Below, in pieces: positions 52,641 to 62,719 of a DNA stretch of 64,000 bases (its first letter is position 1; every line of letters begins with the position of its first letter). The stretch is from NCBI GenBank assembly GCA_965217585.1, contig OZ244561.1, positions 1,824,001 to 1,888,000 on the forward strand, read 5' to 3'. A program made the position numbers and the translations under genes. The notes under the pieces were generated by a model, which was not told where the DNA came from, did not search any database, and saw nothing but the letters and a program-made list of their open reading frames with translations. This stretch comes from Candidatus Latescibacterota bacterium. Lineage in GTDB: Bacteria > Latescibacterota > UBA2968 > UBA8231.

Positions 52641-52795
52641 AGCAGGCTACATTGCCGATTTTCCCAAGATTTCATCCGCCCTCGCTGCCGACGACGGGCA
52701 GTTCGACGGTCTGGCCCCCAGCCTGCAAGCGGGCAGTTTCCTCCATGTCTTGCTCTACTTTACCCCCTCTCGTAACCCCCTCTCGTAGTCGCTAA

Positions 52796-54475
52796 CTACT
52801 GGTGCGGAATCACCGGCAAGAGTACATGAGACGGATGTGTTCTGGAGTGTTGCACTGTCTGTTGCGCGCTGCGCATTTCAGTGTCCGTGCCGAGGTCGTT
52901 GCCAGTGTTGTGGTTTCTGTCGAAGCGCGGGAAATTGGACGAGGACACTTCGACTCTGATCCTGTGTCCCTGCTTGAAGACATTGCCGGTGACGGCGAGA
53001 TCGATCTCATACTGGTAGGTTTGATCGGGCTGGAGCAACTTGGGGGAGGTGAAGCCCTCGCGGTAGCGCGCCCGGACGATGCCATCGCAGAGATTCTTGG
53101 CGTATCCGCTGGTTGACACGTCCACCAGCTTGGCAGCCCAGTCGGTATCTAGCCCGTCTGTAGCCGCGTATAGAACGAGCTTGATCGGCCCCGTCACCTC
53201 AAGATCGGCTGCCAACGGCTCGCTGGTGTAACAGAGCACGTCGCCCCTCATCTCCACATCGCGCTGGTCGTACGGCCCCCAGGGCACAATATGGGGCGAG
53301 CAACAGTTGTTTCCGCCCACGGTCTGCACGGGAAAATCGGGATCGTACACAAAGTGATCCGCAGGCTCGTCGCCCAGCTCAACCGGCGACAGGCCACCGT
53401 CGCCCAACAGCGAGTTGGCGTTTCCAGCAGAGTGCAGATACCACTTTTGCCAGTCGGTCCTAGCCAGCGGCCATTCGCACTCATCTCTCCATTCATTGAC
53501 GCCCATTATGAAGAGCCGCAGCGGAGCCTCGCCAACGATGCCGTTGTCAATGCCCTTCAGCCAATAATCAAACCAACGCAACTCCAACGCCTCCAGGTCG
53601 TACAGCGAGTTCGCGCCAAAGTCGATGTCTCCCGTCTTGGTAGAAACACTGAGCGCGTGCGGCCAAGGACCGACGATGAGCTGACTTTGCCTAGCCTCGG
53701 GCGTCCGCCCATGCAGCCTTAGACCGTTGAAGTTGATAAAGGTGTTGTGGGAGTAGAGGTCGTACCAGCCTCCCATTATCAGGGCAGGGGCCGCGATTTC
53801 GCCCCACTTGTTTTCGACGTTGACCGAGTCCCAGTAGGAATCGTATTCGGTGTGCGTTACCCAATCCCGCCAAAACTGTAGGGTTCGGCCCGCCTGTTGG
53901 TCCATGTCGATGAGTGGGATAGCGCGAAAGGCCTCCGTCCAGTTGTGGTACTCAATGCTCTGAGCGGTGCGGCCATTGGTCCGCATTCCCCACGTGAGGG
54001 CGACGTTGAGTTGGAACGCCCCGCCGGGGTGAATGAGGCCCGAGTACAGATCGCCGCACATGACCCTTGGTGCCATGCACGTCAGGTGCTGGTTGCGGTG
54101 CGGCGCGCTCTGCCACTGCACCCATCCAAGGTAGGAGCCCCCGGCCATGCCGATTTTGCCGTCGCTCCACTCCTGCTGGCCAATCCATTCCTGCGTATCA
54201 AAACCGTCCGGGCCGTGGTTGAACAGCGCGTAGTGAACGCCGTCGGAGTCCCAGCGCCCCCGCACGTCTTGGATGACGCAGGCATAGCCGTTATTGGCGA
54301 GCCGCATGGCCTTCTCAATCATGAGTGGAGTGTTGTTGTCGTACGGCGTGCGCATTAACACGGTCGGGAACCTACCCGATACCCTCGGCAGATAGAGGTC
54401 GGAAGAAAGATCGACGCCGTCCCGCATACGCGTTGGGATGTTCAATCTCATATCGACTTCGTAGTTTGGCTGCAT
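52796..54475 (-). CDS. CocE/NonD family hydrolase
   Basis: MRDGVDL, RTPY, QDVRGRWDSDG, GGSYLG nucleophile, GGWYD, GPWPH, SSNFPRFDRN. Confidence 0.93.
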   Translation of the reverse strand: MQPNYEVDMRLNIPTRMRDGVDLSSDLYLPRVSGRFPTVLMRTPYDNNTPLMIEKAMRLANNGYACVIQDVRGRWDSDGVHYALFNHGPDGFDTQEWIGQQEWSDGKIGMAGGSYLGWVQWQSAPHRNQHLTCMAPRVMCGDLYSGLIHPGGAFQLNVALTWGMRTNGRTAQSIEYHNWTEAFRAIPLIDMDQQAGRTLQFWRDWVTHTEYDSYWDSVNVENKWGEIAAPALIMGGWYDLYSHNTFINFNGLRLHGRTPEARQSQLIVGPWPHALSVSTKTGDIDFGANSLYDLEALELRWFDYWLKGIDNGIVGEAPLRLFIMGVNEWRDECEWPLARTDWQKWYLHSAGNANSLLGDGGLSPVELGDEPADHFVYDPDFPVQTVGGNNCCSPHIVPWGPYDQRDVEMRGDVLCYTSEPLAADLEVTGPIKLVLYAATDGLDTDWAAKLVDVSTSGYAKNLCDGIVRARYREGFTSPKLLQPDQTYQYEIDLAVTGNVFKQGHRIRVEVSSSNFPRFDRNHNTGNDLGTDTEMRSAQQTVQHSRTHPSHVLLPVIPHQ

Positions 54476-54509
54476 AGTTGGCTCCGGTGGGTTGAAGTGT
54501 AGTCGTATC

Positions 54510-54803
54510 CTACTGGTTGCGAATCGCCTCGATTTTGGCATCGCGTTCGGCAAAGAGTTCGTTGCGGACTTTGCTCATTTGCTCCTGCACTTGGCGGCGC
54601 GCTTCGACGAGGGCCTGCGGGTCTGCACCCGTGGCCTGCTCTAGCTGCCCCTTGAGCGCGATCTCCTGCTCGGCCCACTTGGCCTCGTACTGCTTGCGCA
54701 CTTGGTCTATGGCCTCTTTCTGCTCGTCTGTCAGCTTGATCCCCTCTGCGCCCCCGACCGCCTCGTTGGCCTTTTCCATGGCCAGTTCAAGTGCCGATTT
54801 CAT
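54510..54803 (-). CDS. Small coiled-coil hypothetical protein
   Basis: AGGAG RBS; MKSALELAMEK start; helical composition. Confidence 0.75.
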   Translation of the reverse strand: MKSALELAMEKANEAVGGAEGIKLTDEQKEAIDQVRKQYEAKWAEQEIALKGQLEQATGADPQALVEARRQVQEQMSKVRNELFAERDAKIEAIRNQ

Positions 54804-54958
54804 CGCAAACTCTCCTGTGTTGACATCGCCTGACAACGGGCTTAACATCGCAAAAAGATAGAGGCTGGCCGCAATCGCGACAAATTGCGTTACTCACCCT
54901 CTACCATCCGAGCAGGCAGCGACCTGCCGCTCCAACTCACCACGCCAAAAGGAACCCC

Positions 54959-55402
54959 ATGTCCAAACAGTGGAAAGTCTATCTATCCGGCGAGATTCAC
55001 AGCGACTGGCGCGAGCGCATCGTCCAAGCGGCCAGCGACCTGCCGGTCGAGTTCACCGCTCCGGTCACCGATCACTCAGCCAGCGACAACTGCGGCATCG
55101 ACATGCTCGGGCCGGAGGAAAGCAGCTTTTGGAAGGATCACAAAGGCGCGCAGCTCAACGCCATCCGCACCCGCACCCTAATCCGCGACGCCGACTTGGT
55201 GGTGGTGCGCTTCGGCGACCAGTACCGCCAGTGGAACGCGGCTTTTGACGCGGGGTTTGCCGCCGCCTGCAACAAGCCGCTGATCGTCCTCCACCCGCCC
55301 GAGTTGCAACACGCGCTCAAAGAGGTGGATGCGGCCGCGCTCGCCGTGGCCAATGCGCCCGAGCAAGTCGCGGCCGTACTGCGCTATGTCATTGAAGGGT
55401 AA
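54959..55402 (+). CDS. YtoQ family protein
   Basis: VYLSGEIHSDWRE, HSASD, N.IRTRT, YRQWNAAFDAG, HALKEVDAAA. Confidence 0.9.
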   Translation: MSKQWKVYLSGEIHSDWRERIVQAASDLPVEFTAPVTDHSASDNCGIDMLGPEESSFWKDHKGAQLNAIRTRTLIRDADLVVVRFGDQYRQWNAAFDAGFAAACNKPLIVLHPPELQHALKEVDAAALAVANAPEQVAAVLRYVIEG

Positions 55403-55408
55403 AACAGG

Positions 55409-57958
55409 TCAGCGCAGCAAAATCATCTTGCGCTGCGCGCGGTAGGAATCGGCTTTGAGCACGTAAAAGTAGAGGCCGCTCCGGTAGCCGGCCGCGTCCC
55501 ACTCCACCTCGTGCCGCCCTGGCGGCATCTGCCTCTCCACCAGCCGCGCGACCTCCTGCCCCAAGACGTTGTACACCGTTAGTTGCACCAAGCCGGCAAT
55601 GGGCAAATCAAAGCGGATTTTGGTCGTCGGATTGAACGGGTTGGGTGCGTTGGGGTGCAGGGCGTAGCGCTCGGGACGCGGCTGCGCCCCCTTTTGCGCT
55701 TCGACTTGCGGGTCAGATCGCAGCTCTAACGTCCCCTCGCCCGCTAGCTCCAACACGATCATTTCGCCTTCTACGGCTGTGCCCAGCCATGTGCCGCCGA
55801 GCAAGCGCGCCGCGGTCCACTCGTTCCCCGCGTGGGGCATTTTTAACTGATAGCCCGCGCCGGGGCCGCGCACGAAACCCGCATAATCGTCTCGCTCCAT
55901 GCTCACGTCTATCATTTCGCTGGCGCGGAAGACCGTCTCTCCGTCGGCCAAAAGGTAGGTCGCGTCTTGGGCTGCAAAGCGGGTGAGCTTTCCATCGACA
56001 TAGCGGACATAGCCGAAGCGGGCGTCGCTGACCAAGTGCGCATCCGGCCCGGCTACAGTGCCCTCGGACGCATTGCCGTTGCGGAGCCAAGCCAAATCCC
56101 GCACCCCGGCCAACGTCACCACGGCCGCCTCGGCTCCTTGCGCGGATGCGGTCTCAAACGCCGGCTCGGCCTCCCCAATCGCCCGCGGATACAGCACCGC
56201 GAGGTAGCGCCCATCGACGCCCTCTTGCTGCACCCGCAATACCGCGTGGGTCTGCTCTTGGCGATAGTCAAAGGAGTGGATCGCCTCGCTCTCCAGCGCA
56301 ACCCGACCGGGTTGATCGGGCAAAAACGCCAGCAACTCGGCTTTTTCCCGCGTCCAACGCGCCAAGTTCCCCGCGCGGGCATACGCGCCCCCGCTGGTGC
56401 CACCGCCGTTGCCGTGCAGCCGCCACTCGTAGTCGTGGCGACGGCCCCGGTCGTCGATTTCGTCGGCTACGAGGAAGTAGCTGTGGTCGGCAAAAAAGAC
56501 CCGTCGCCTTAGCTCGACACCCCGGTAGGCAGTGCAGACTTCCGCGTAATCCCCAGCGGCACTCGTGAAGAATGCCTCGATAAAAGCGTCGTTGCGGTCG
56601 CCGCTGGTCCCCACCACGGGCAAGATCCGGCGCGGCGGTCCATTCCCATCGACCAGCACCACGTTGTGATTGCGGCCTTTGTTGACCTTGTCGTGGTTGT
56701 CAAAATTGATGTAACCCGCATCTAGGGCCAGCATTTCGCCGGCGGCGTAGAGCACAAAGCTGGTTCCGTCGGGGTGCTCGTGCGCGAACCCGTGCTCGCG
56801 TGCCGTGCCGTTTTCGCCGCGCAAGAGCATGTAGGTAGCTGCGGCCGACCAGTCGCTGCGGAAGACGGCGTCTCCAGCCCCTGGCATAAAAACCGACGGA
56901 CCGTGCGTCGGCTCTTGCGCGGGCACGCTGTCGTCGTACAGGGCGATGGCGTCCATCTCGGAGAACTGGCGCACGTACAAGCCGCGCTCGTTATTTTCCC
57001 AGTCCCAGCGATGGATTCCACCGCTGGCTTGCACGGCCGCTAGGTAATGCCCGTAGAAATCGTCTAAGTGGCCGTCGTCGATGTTGGGCCGCCGGCCATT
57101 GGGCAGCCGCAGGTTCAGGGACCACTCGTGCATCTTCTCGATCTTGGGATCGGCAAACAGGTCCAAGCCGGTGCGGTTCTTGAGCGCGAATAAGTAGGGC
57201 AAATAGACATCCGCGGCGTAGCGGCTGTAGAACGGCCCCTCTGCGTACCCCCCGTCCCGCTCTTCGATCTGGAAGTCGAGGCTGCTGGTGACCATCTCCA
57301 AGGCGCGGTCAGCCCATTCCAGCGGCGTGCCCTCGCCGCTGGAGTACTCGCTCAAGGCCATGGCCGCTAGCCCGAGGCCGCCGTACGCGCGGATGTGCCA
57401 GTTGTCGAGATGCGGGGTCTCGTGCAAGCGAACTTTGACCTTGAACGGCCCCAACCCCACCTTGCCAATCACGATGCCCTTCCACAGGCGGTCGGCTTCC
57501 TCGCCGAGAATCGACCGCATCGCTTGCAGGGCCTGGGGGTCGTTGTCCGCAGCATAGGAGTGCAGGATGTCGTAGGCCACGGCGTACTGGGCCACGACCT
57601 CGCCCTCGTTGTGCGGCTCGCCCAAATCGCCTCCCCTCGGCGGGAACGCGACTCCCTGCATCACTTCCAACGCGCGCTCGGCAAACGCGGCATCGGCGGT
57701 CATCAGCCAAGCGAAGGCGAGGGACTTGGCGTAGCGGACCTCGGCGCGCTCGTCGGCAAAGGTCGCCGGAGCGTTTTGCGCCCGCTGCAACACGGTCTGC
57801 CACCACGTGACATACGGTTCGCGCTGGATGCGCTCTTTGAGTAGGGGAATGTCTTCGGCGGAAAAAAGCAGGCCCGGATGCACTTCGGCAGATAGCGTCT
57901 GCGCGGCAGCGCCCACAGGCACGAGAGCCAAGGTGGCGCAAAGGGCCAAGGCGATCAT
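55409..57958 (-). CDS. Heparinase II/III-like polysaccharide lyase with T9SS type-A-like C-terminal domain
   Basis: Signal peptide; HPGLLF, DNW, DGGYAEGPFY, FRSDW, HEHPD..SF, HNVVLVDG; CTD PNPFNPTT..YNVLGQEV..SGLYFY..KMILLR. Confidence 0.8.
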   Translation of the reverse strand: MIALALCATLALVPVGAAAQTLSAEVHPGLLFSAEDIPLLKERIQREPYVTWWQTVLQRAQNAPATFADERAEVRYAKSLAFAWLMTADAAFAERALEVMQGVAFPPRGGDLGEPHNEGEVVAQYAVAYDILHSYAADNDPQALQAMRSILGEEADRLWKGIVIGKVGLGPFKVKVRLHETPHLDNWHIRAYGGLGLAAMALSEYSSGEGTPLEWADRALEMVTSSLDFQIEERDGGYAEGPFYSRYAADVYLPYLFALKNRTGLDLFADPKIEKMHEWSLNLRLPNGRRPNIDDGHLDDFYGHYLAAVQASGGIHRWDWENNERGLYVRQFSEMDAIALYDDSVPAQEPTHGPSVFMPGAGDAVFRSDWSAAATYMLLRGENGTAREHGFAHEHPDGTSFVLYAAGEMLALDAGYINFDNHDKVNKGRNHNVVLVDGNGPPRRILPVVGTSGDRNDAFIEAFFTSAAGDYAEVCTAYRGVELRRRVFFADHSYFLVADEIDDRGRRHDYEWRLHGNGGGTSGGAYARAGNLARWTREKAELLAFLPDQPGRVALESEAIHSFDYRQEQTHAVLRVQQEGVDGRYLAVLYPRAIGEAEPAFETASAQGAEAAVVTLAGVRDLAWLRNGNASEGTVAGPDAHLVSDARFGYVRYVDGKLTRFAAQDATYLLADGETVFRASEMIDVSMERDDYAGFVRGPGAGYQLKMPHAGNEWTAARLLGGTWLGTAVEGEMIVLELAGEGTLELRSDPQVEAQKGAQPRPERYALHPNAPNPFNPTTKIRFDLPIAGLVQLTVYNVLGQEVARLVERQMPPGRHEVEWDAAGYRSGLYFYVLKADSYRAQRKMILLR

Positions 57959-57965
57959 AAACCCT

Positions 57966-58598
57966 CTAAAAGACGCGGCGCAAATCAAAGCCCCACAGCA
58001 GGCCCAAGGTGATGTAGCCCTTGCCGACTAGGATCTTGAAGCCGCCGACGGTCCGGCCCGGAGCATCGAAAAACAACCCCAAGGTTCCATACGCCGTCCC
58101 TGGGTTTAGGTGGCGGTAGCCCAACCCGGCGAACAGCTTGCCCGGTCGGCCGGCAATCCACACTTCGTCGAGGACAATATAGGCCAGATCCGCACTGAGC
58201 GAGCGGAGCCAATCCGTGCCGCCCGAGCAGCGGTAGTCCGCCACGCGGTATCCAGTCCGCGCATCGTAGCAGTAGCTGCGGGTGGGAAAAGGCCGGACGT
58301 AACGCGGGTCGTAATCGTCGCCTTCGTGAAAGCTCACATCGAGCATATTGGCCGAGCAGATGAGGCGCAAGCGGTTGAAGACCGCCCTAAACCCCAAGGG
58401 AACGCGCACGCCCGCGCCGCGATGATCCAAGTTGATGAAACCTACCCCTACCGCAGCATAGTAGCCGTCGCGCTGTCGCTTGGGCACTTCCTCGGGCACG
58501 GCGTCTTGGATGCGCACGGCCTCGGCTCCGCCTGCCAACAGCAAGCCGATCCAGATGAGTTGTATGTATCCGCGCTGTATCACCCGTTTGTCCTCCAC
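57966..58598 (-). CDS. Exported hypothetical protein (possible small beta-barrel)
   Basis: Signal peptide, Gly/aromatic beta-strand patterns, terminal Phe; co-oriented with the lyase. Confidence 0.6.
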   Translation of the reverse strand: MEDKRVIQRGYIQLIWIGLLLAGGAEAVRIQDAVPEEVPKRQRDGYYAAVGVGFINLDHRGAGVRVPLGFRAVFNRLRLICSANMLDVSFHEGDDYDPRYVRPFPTRSYCYDARTGYRVADYRCSGGTDWLRSLSADLAYIVLDEVWIAGRPGKLFAGLGYRHLNPGTAYGTLGLFFDAPGRTVGGFKILVGKGYITLGLLWGFDLRRVF

Positions 58599-58657
58599 CT
58601 ATACAATCTATAAGTCACTGCAAAAATGCCAATGGCCCCGTAGGGATGCGCACACGG

Positions 58658-58880
58658 CTACCTGTAGGTCAAGTCGAACACGGCGTCCGTCAGCCAGCGC
58701 TTGAAGCCCTCGTCGTCCGCGAATTTTTTAAATAACTGAGTATCGTCGTTGATCATGGAGTACATCACGCGCGACACCGCTTTGTCCAGCTCAATGCGTG
58801 CGTTCTGCCGGTCGGAGTTTTCCCGCGCGTTGCGGTACGCCGCATCCGCCGCCACGCGCTCTGGAATATCTTCGGTAATT
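58658..58880 (-). pseudogene. hsdR: C-terminal remnant of type I restriction subunit R
   Basis: ITEDIPERVAADAAYRNA..NSDRQNARIE.DKA..RV...DDTQLFK.F.DD..FKRWL...F..TY matches an HsdR C-terminus; the rest of the gene is absent. Confidence 0.75.
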
Positions 58881-58895
58881 TTTAAAAAAATGATC

Positions 58896-60137
58896 TTAAA
58901 AAAACATTAGAACTATTCCCCCAGGATACCAGCGAGCGGCGCTAGTGTTCCCTACTTTGTGGATCTGTCCCTTAATCCTCAACTCTTGAAGTAATTTCTG
59001 AACTTGGACGTACGAGAGGGCTGGCAACACCTGCCTCAGTTCCCGCAACTGACTCCCTTCTTTCCGGTTATCTTGAATGTGCTTCAGTAGCAACTCTTTG
59101 TGCGTGAGCCATACGAAGTGGTCATCCGTGTGGGAGACGTCGGGCAACGGCTTACTCTGCTGAATGCACTCGCGGAAGATGCGGTCAAACCCCTGCCCGG
59201 CCCGTTCGACCAAGCCGCATTTGCCGAGGACTTCGGCGATACGGCGATTGCGCGGATTTTGTTGCCGAAGGACGTTCTCAGGGGTGATGCCTGCTGGAAA
59301 GCCGCCAGGGCTGACGATCTCGATGCGTCGAGAATACTGGCGCACAAAGATGGAGCCTCCGTGGCGATAATCGCGGTGACTCACTGCGTTCAAGACGGCC
59401 TCGCGAACCACGCGCTCGTTGAACGTGGGCACATCCCAAATAAAGAGTCCTTGCTGAAAGTGTTGCAGGTCATTGCGCTGGTTGATGAGTCGCCAGATCC
59501 CGTCGAGTACAGGAAGAAAGCCCTGTCTGAACTCATGTCGTTCCGCCGCCGGTCCCGGCACTTCGTTAGATCGGTATTCAAAAATAAGCTCCGCTTGGGC
59601 GAAGTATTTGCCTAGGGCTTTGCGCGTGCCCAGCAGGATCAGCGCCGCGTACGTCACCTCGCCATCGACGAGCAATTCCGCATCTGTTAGGAGTTGCTCT
59701 ACGGGGCGGGCCGAAATGTCTTGGTCTGGTGACTTCCGCTGCCAGAGTTGACGCAGAACCTCCACGGCGATTGGATCAAGATCGTCCAATTGGGCAGACG
59801 TACAAATCTCAGACGAGAAATCGGGGCTGGCCTCGGCAAAGATGCGTTGGAGTTGATCTGGTGTCATGGGAACAAGAGCCTCGCCACCACGCATCCAATA
59901 CGCGCCTTTATACTGTATAGGCGTACCGATCGGACGGGCGGGGATTTGAAAGACCAGAACCCGACCGTTTCGGTGCTGAATTTCCTCGACATCAAAGCGC
60001 AACCGCAGTCGCTCAATCAGACCAGCCTTCGTCCGTTCGAGATTGGGAAAAGCTCGGCTACCAACCACCGTGCGCGGCAACTTGCACAGCTCGCGCACCA
60101 AACCGGCGAAATAGTCGCTGTCGCGGCCGGGGGTCAT
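58896..60137 (-). pseudogene. AlbA_2/Schlafen-HATPase-wHTH protein (RecG-like regulator), apparently with internal deletions
   Basis: REAVLNAVSHRDY, IEIVSPGGFP, PRNRRIA..L...GLVERAGQG; the expected ExxxxEFK AlbA motif is missing after ELCKLPR. Confidence 0.65.
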
Positions 60138-60951
60138 GCTTCGGCCTCTGCGGGGACGATGTCGAGGGCGGCGGGCGCATCACTAAGTGCATCCCCATCG
60201 TCGAGCGGTTCCGGCTCCTCGTCGGGCAGATTGGCCGCCGCCTCGCGCATGTCCAGTTGGCCGGTGACCACATCGGCGATCAGGCGGGTGCGGTATTCCT
60301 GGAGCAGCTCGATTTGGCGGCAGGCGCGGCTGATGGCGGTGTCGATGTCGGCGGTTGCCTTGTCGAGGAAGCGGACGATAGAGGATTGTTCGGGGAGGGG
60401 CGGGAGGGCGATTTGTCTAGAGCCAATCCGGTCAACATTGAGATTGCCTTGCGTATTTACAGGTGCCTCACTCATCAATTCGGCTTTCATTGCTATAAAT
60501 AGGTGGTATAAGTAGTCGCGATCAACGTTCTGGCGCGGGACGAATCCAACCACGCTATCGGGGAAACACGCTTCAAAATCAAGAACGGCTACACGACATC
60601 ACGGGGACGTAATACCAGAAATTCACCGACGCACAAGCCGTCGTAATCGGGGCGCACCACCTTTGCCAAATAAGGGCGCAATTTTCCAAACAACACATCT
60701 CCAGCCTGAAACCGCTTTACTTGGCTATCAAGGCTCACATCCAGGCCAGGGTCCCTAATCCTGCCCGTCCAACTTTCGACGCGTTCCAAGGCGATACATA
60801 CTTCATCTTGGCGTCGTCCGTTACTCTGGTCAATTATATCCGCAACATTCACCTTCAACCGCCGCACCTCCCAATGTGTCGGCACATCGCCCAGCCACTC
60901 GACGCCGGAGGGTTTATAGTTGGGGTAGGATTTGATATTGGAGTCAATCAT
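60134..60951 (-). pseudogene. hsdS: Type I RM specificity subunit, internally deleted and frameshifted
   Basis: YKPSGVEWLGDVP.HW, FGKLRPYL; then another frame gives PPLPEQ..IV.FLD, LLQEYRTRLIADVVTG; break near 60590. Confidence 0.85.
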
Positions 60952-60957
60952 CAGGTC

Positions 60958-61662
60958 TCATGTTCCTCTTCTCAATATCCGAGGAATAGTCAACTGAACA
61001 GAGCATTGCGGAGTTTGAAAAGGATCTAATGGCAGATTGTACAATTCGCACATTTGCGCTAAAAATTGTGTCTGTCCACCATAGCTAGGGTGCCGTACTT
61101 GAAAGACTCTGTGCTGATACATTAAACGAGGTGCTGTTCGTGAAGCATCGTTGCCGATTGCAACTAGTCGGCGCGGCTTTAGAAGAAGGATGAGTTGAGA
61201 GAGAAATTTCTCCCCGGTCCTACGCTCAAGAGAATTATGAGATCGATTGCTGAAGGGATTACCGGGTTCGTGAGGGTGTAATGGGAAGACATTCCACAGA
61301 AAGACAGACACCTCGATTTGTGAGAGAGCACTCCAGATGACAGCAGCCGTCCTCTCGGCAGCTACGTCGCCTTTCGTTGGCCTCTGAATAGATAACCCCC
61401 ACCGTGCGGCGTATTCGTGAATATGAACATCGTCTGTTAAAGCAAGCCCTGTTCGCCTACCGCCGCGATAGCCAAGATCGCGCCCAATCCATATAGAATC
61501 AATATCCTGTTTTGTTGCAGCCTCAAGTACAGTCAATAACGTTTGTAAGCGACGTTGCGGCGCATCATCTAGGTCGTGAACAACACATCGATTTGAATAA
61601 GGGTTAAAGGCATTCTCAAATTTTAGCTTACTCAATGCCTCTACAAATTGCACTGGCTCCAC
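60958..61662 (-). CDS. Uracil-DNA glycosylase superfamily protein
   Basis: FNPY, IGRDLGYRGGRRTG..LTD, ERTA..IW, WNVFPLHPH, SNR, VAIG, VRHPSYGG. Confidence 0.82.
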   Translation of the reverse strand: MEPVQFVEALSKLKFENAFNPYSNRCVVHDLDDAPQRRLQTLLTVLEAATKQDIDSIWIGRDLGYRGGRRTGLALTDDVHIHEYAARWGLSIQRPTKGDVAAERTAAVIWSALSQIEVSVFLWNVFPLHPHEPGNPFSNRSHNSLERRTGEKFLSQLILLLKPRRLVAIGNDASRTAPRLMYQHRVFQVRHPSYGGQTQFLAQMCELYNLPLDPFQTPQCSVQLTIPRILRRGT

Positions 61663-61696
61663 GGTCTATTCTCCATCAACTAACATGTTGTACTTT

Positions 61697-61834
61697 GGCC
61701 GTCACGCCGCGCCGCTCGCGAACGATTTCATGGAGCCTCGTGGCGGGCAGGTTGATGTCCTGCGCCAATCCGTTGACGGTCAGCCCCATTTCCTCAATCT
61801 GCTCTAGAAGAAACGCGCCGGGATGAGTGGCAAT
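61697..61834 (-). repeat. 138-bp diverged partial copy of the higA gene (62523-62660)
   Basis: Direct repeat with scattered substitutions; lacks start and C-terminus. Confidence 0.9.
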
Positions 61835-61929
61835 TCCTCTTTCATCCGTTGGTCTAGACGATTGACCATTCTGGCGAACTTGCGGCTCGGCGTTTCAAAC
61901 CCGGTAATTCGCACCTGTCGTGGGGCCAT
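61804..61929 (-). pseudogene. Possible truncated RelE/ParE-like toxin N-terminus
   Basis: MAPRQVRITGFETPSRKFARMVNRLDQRMKEE, then runs out of frame into the higA copy; starts 3 nt after the 144-aa ORF. Confidence 0.35.
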
Positions 61930-61932
61930 GGC

Positions 61933-62367
61933 CTATGGATTTTCCATTGACGCCATAAATTCTGAGCCGCTGGCGCATGTTCCGCCTGTGCTTGGAGCGA
62001 GTGCCCCGTCGTGGATCATTATAGCCCAGCGAAGCTCTTGGAGCGACGCAACGAGATATTCAAACAGCTTGTCTAGGCGTTCCAATGCTGCGAAGACCTC
62101 GGCTCCATATGCTTCTGCGCCTCCTATCCGCTGCAAGGCGTCCCGGACATCGTGCAATTCTTCTCTTTCCTTACGGAAGTATCCCTCGCTTTTCTCCAGC
62201 TCGGGCACCACGATGCCGTCAGGGTCCATTGCACGGCCCAGAGGAAAACCTTCAGCCGCTTTCTGGAGTCGCCCCTGAAAGGCGGTACAGACATTGGCTA
62301 CAGCATCGTGGCGTTCACGAAAACTTTCGGTTAATTCCTCAGTCGGATTTTGACGCCAGCAGGTCAT
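61933..62367 (-). CDS. Helical hypothetical protein (possible antitoxin-like)
   Basis: 144-aa ORF with ATGA overlap to higA. Confidence 0.55.
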   Translation of the reverse strand: MTCWRQNPTEELTESFRERHDAVANVCTAFQGRLQKAAEGFPLGRAMDPDGIVVPELEKSEGYFRKEREELHDVRDALQRIGGAEAYGAEVFAALERLDKLFEYLVASLQELRWAIMIHDGALAPSTGGTCASGSEFMASMENP

Positions 62368-62681
62368 ACTGCCGTAGCCCGATCCTTAGCGCGACGGCGG
62401 ACCCTCGAACGAATCTCCTTGCCATTCTCGACCAATTCTCTTGATAACTCATAAACCTTCTGGGCATTCATCCAAAACTCTGGAGTCTGGCCGAAGTACT
62501 CGCCAAGGGCGATCGCCGTCTCGGCCGTCACGCCGCGTCGCTCGTGAACGATTTCATGGAGCCTCGTGGCGGGCAGGTCGATGTCCTGCGCCAATCCGTT
62601 GACGGTCAGCCCCATCTCCTCGATCTGCTCCAGAAGAAACGCACCGGGATGGGTGGCGATCCGATTTGTGGGTACATTCAT
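62364..62681 (-). CDS. higA: HigA family addiction-module antitoxin
   Basis: THPG.FL.E, LTVNGLA..I.LPATRLHEIV..RRGVTAETA..L..YFG.TPEFWMNAQ. Confidence 0.9.
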   Translation of the reverse strand: MNVPTNRIATHPGAFLLEQIEEMGLTVNGLAQDIDLPATRLHEIVHERRGVTAETAIALGEYFGQTPEFWMNAQKVYELSRELVENGKEIRSRVRRRAKDRATAV

Positions 62682-62719
62682 AATATTACCTCTCCATTCC
62701 TCATTCATAGTGGTTACTC

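Noticed and set aside
52762-52787. 13-bp tandem repeat accccctctcgta as an att site or island end
   Set aside because: No matching copy seen at the other border, and no integrase or tRNA in the window
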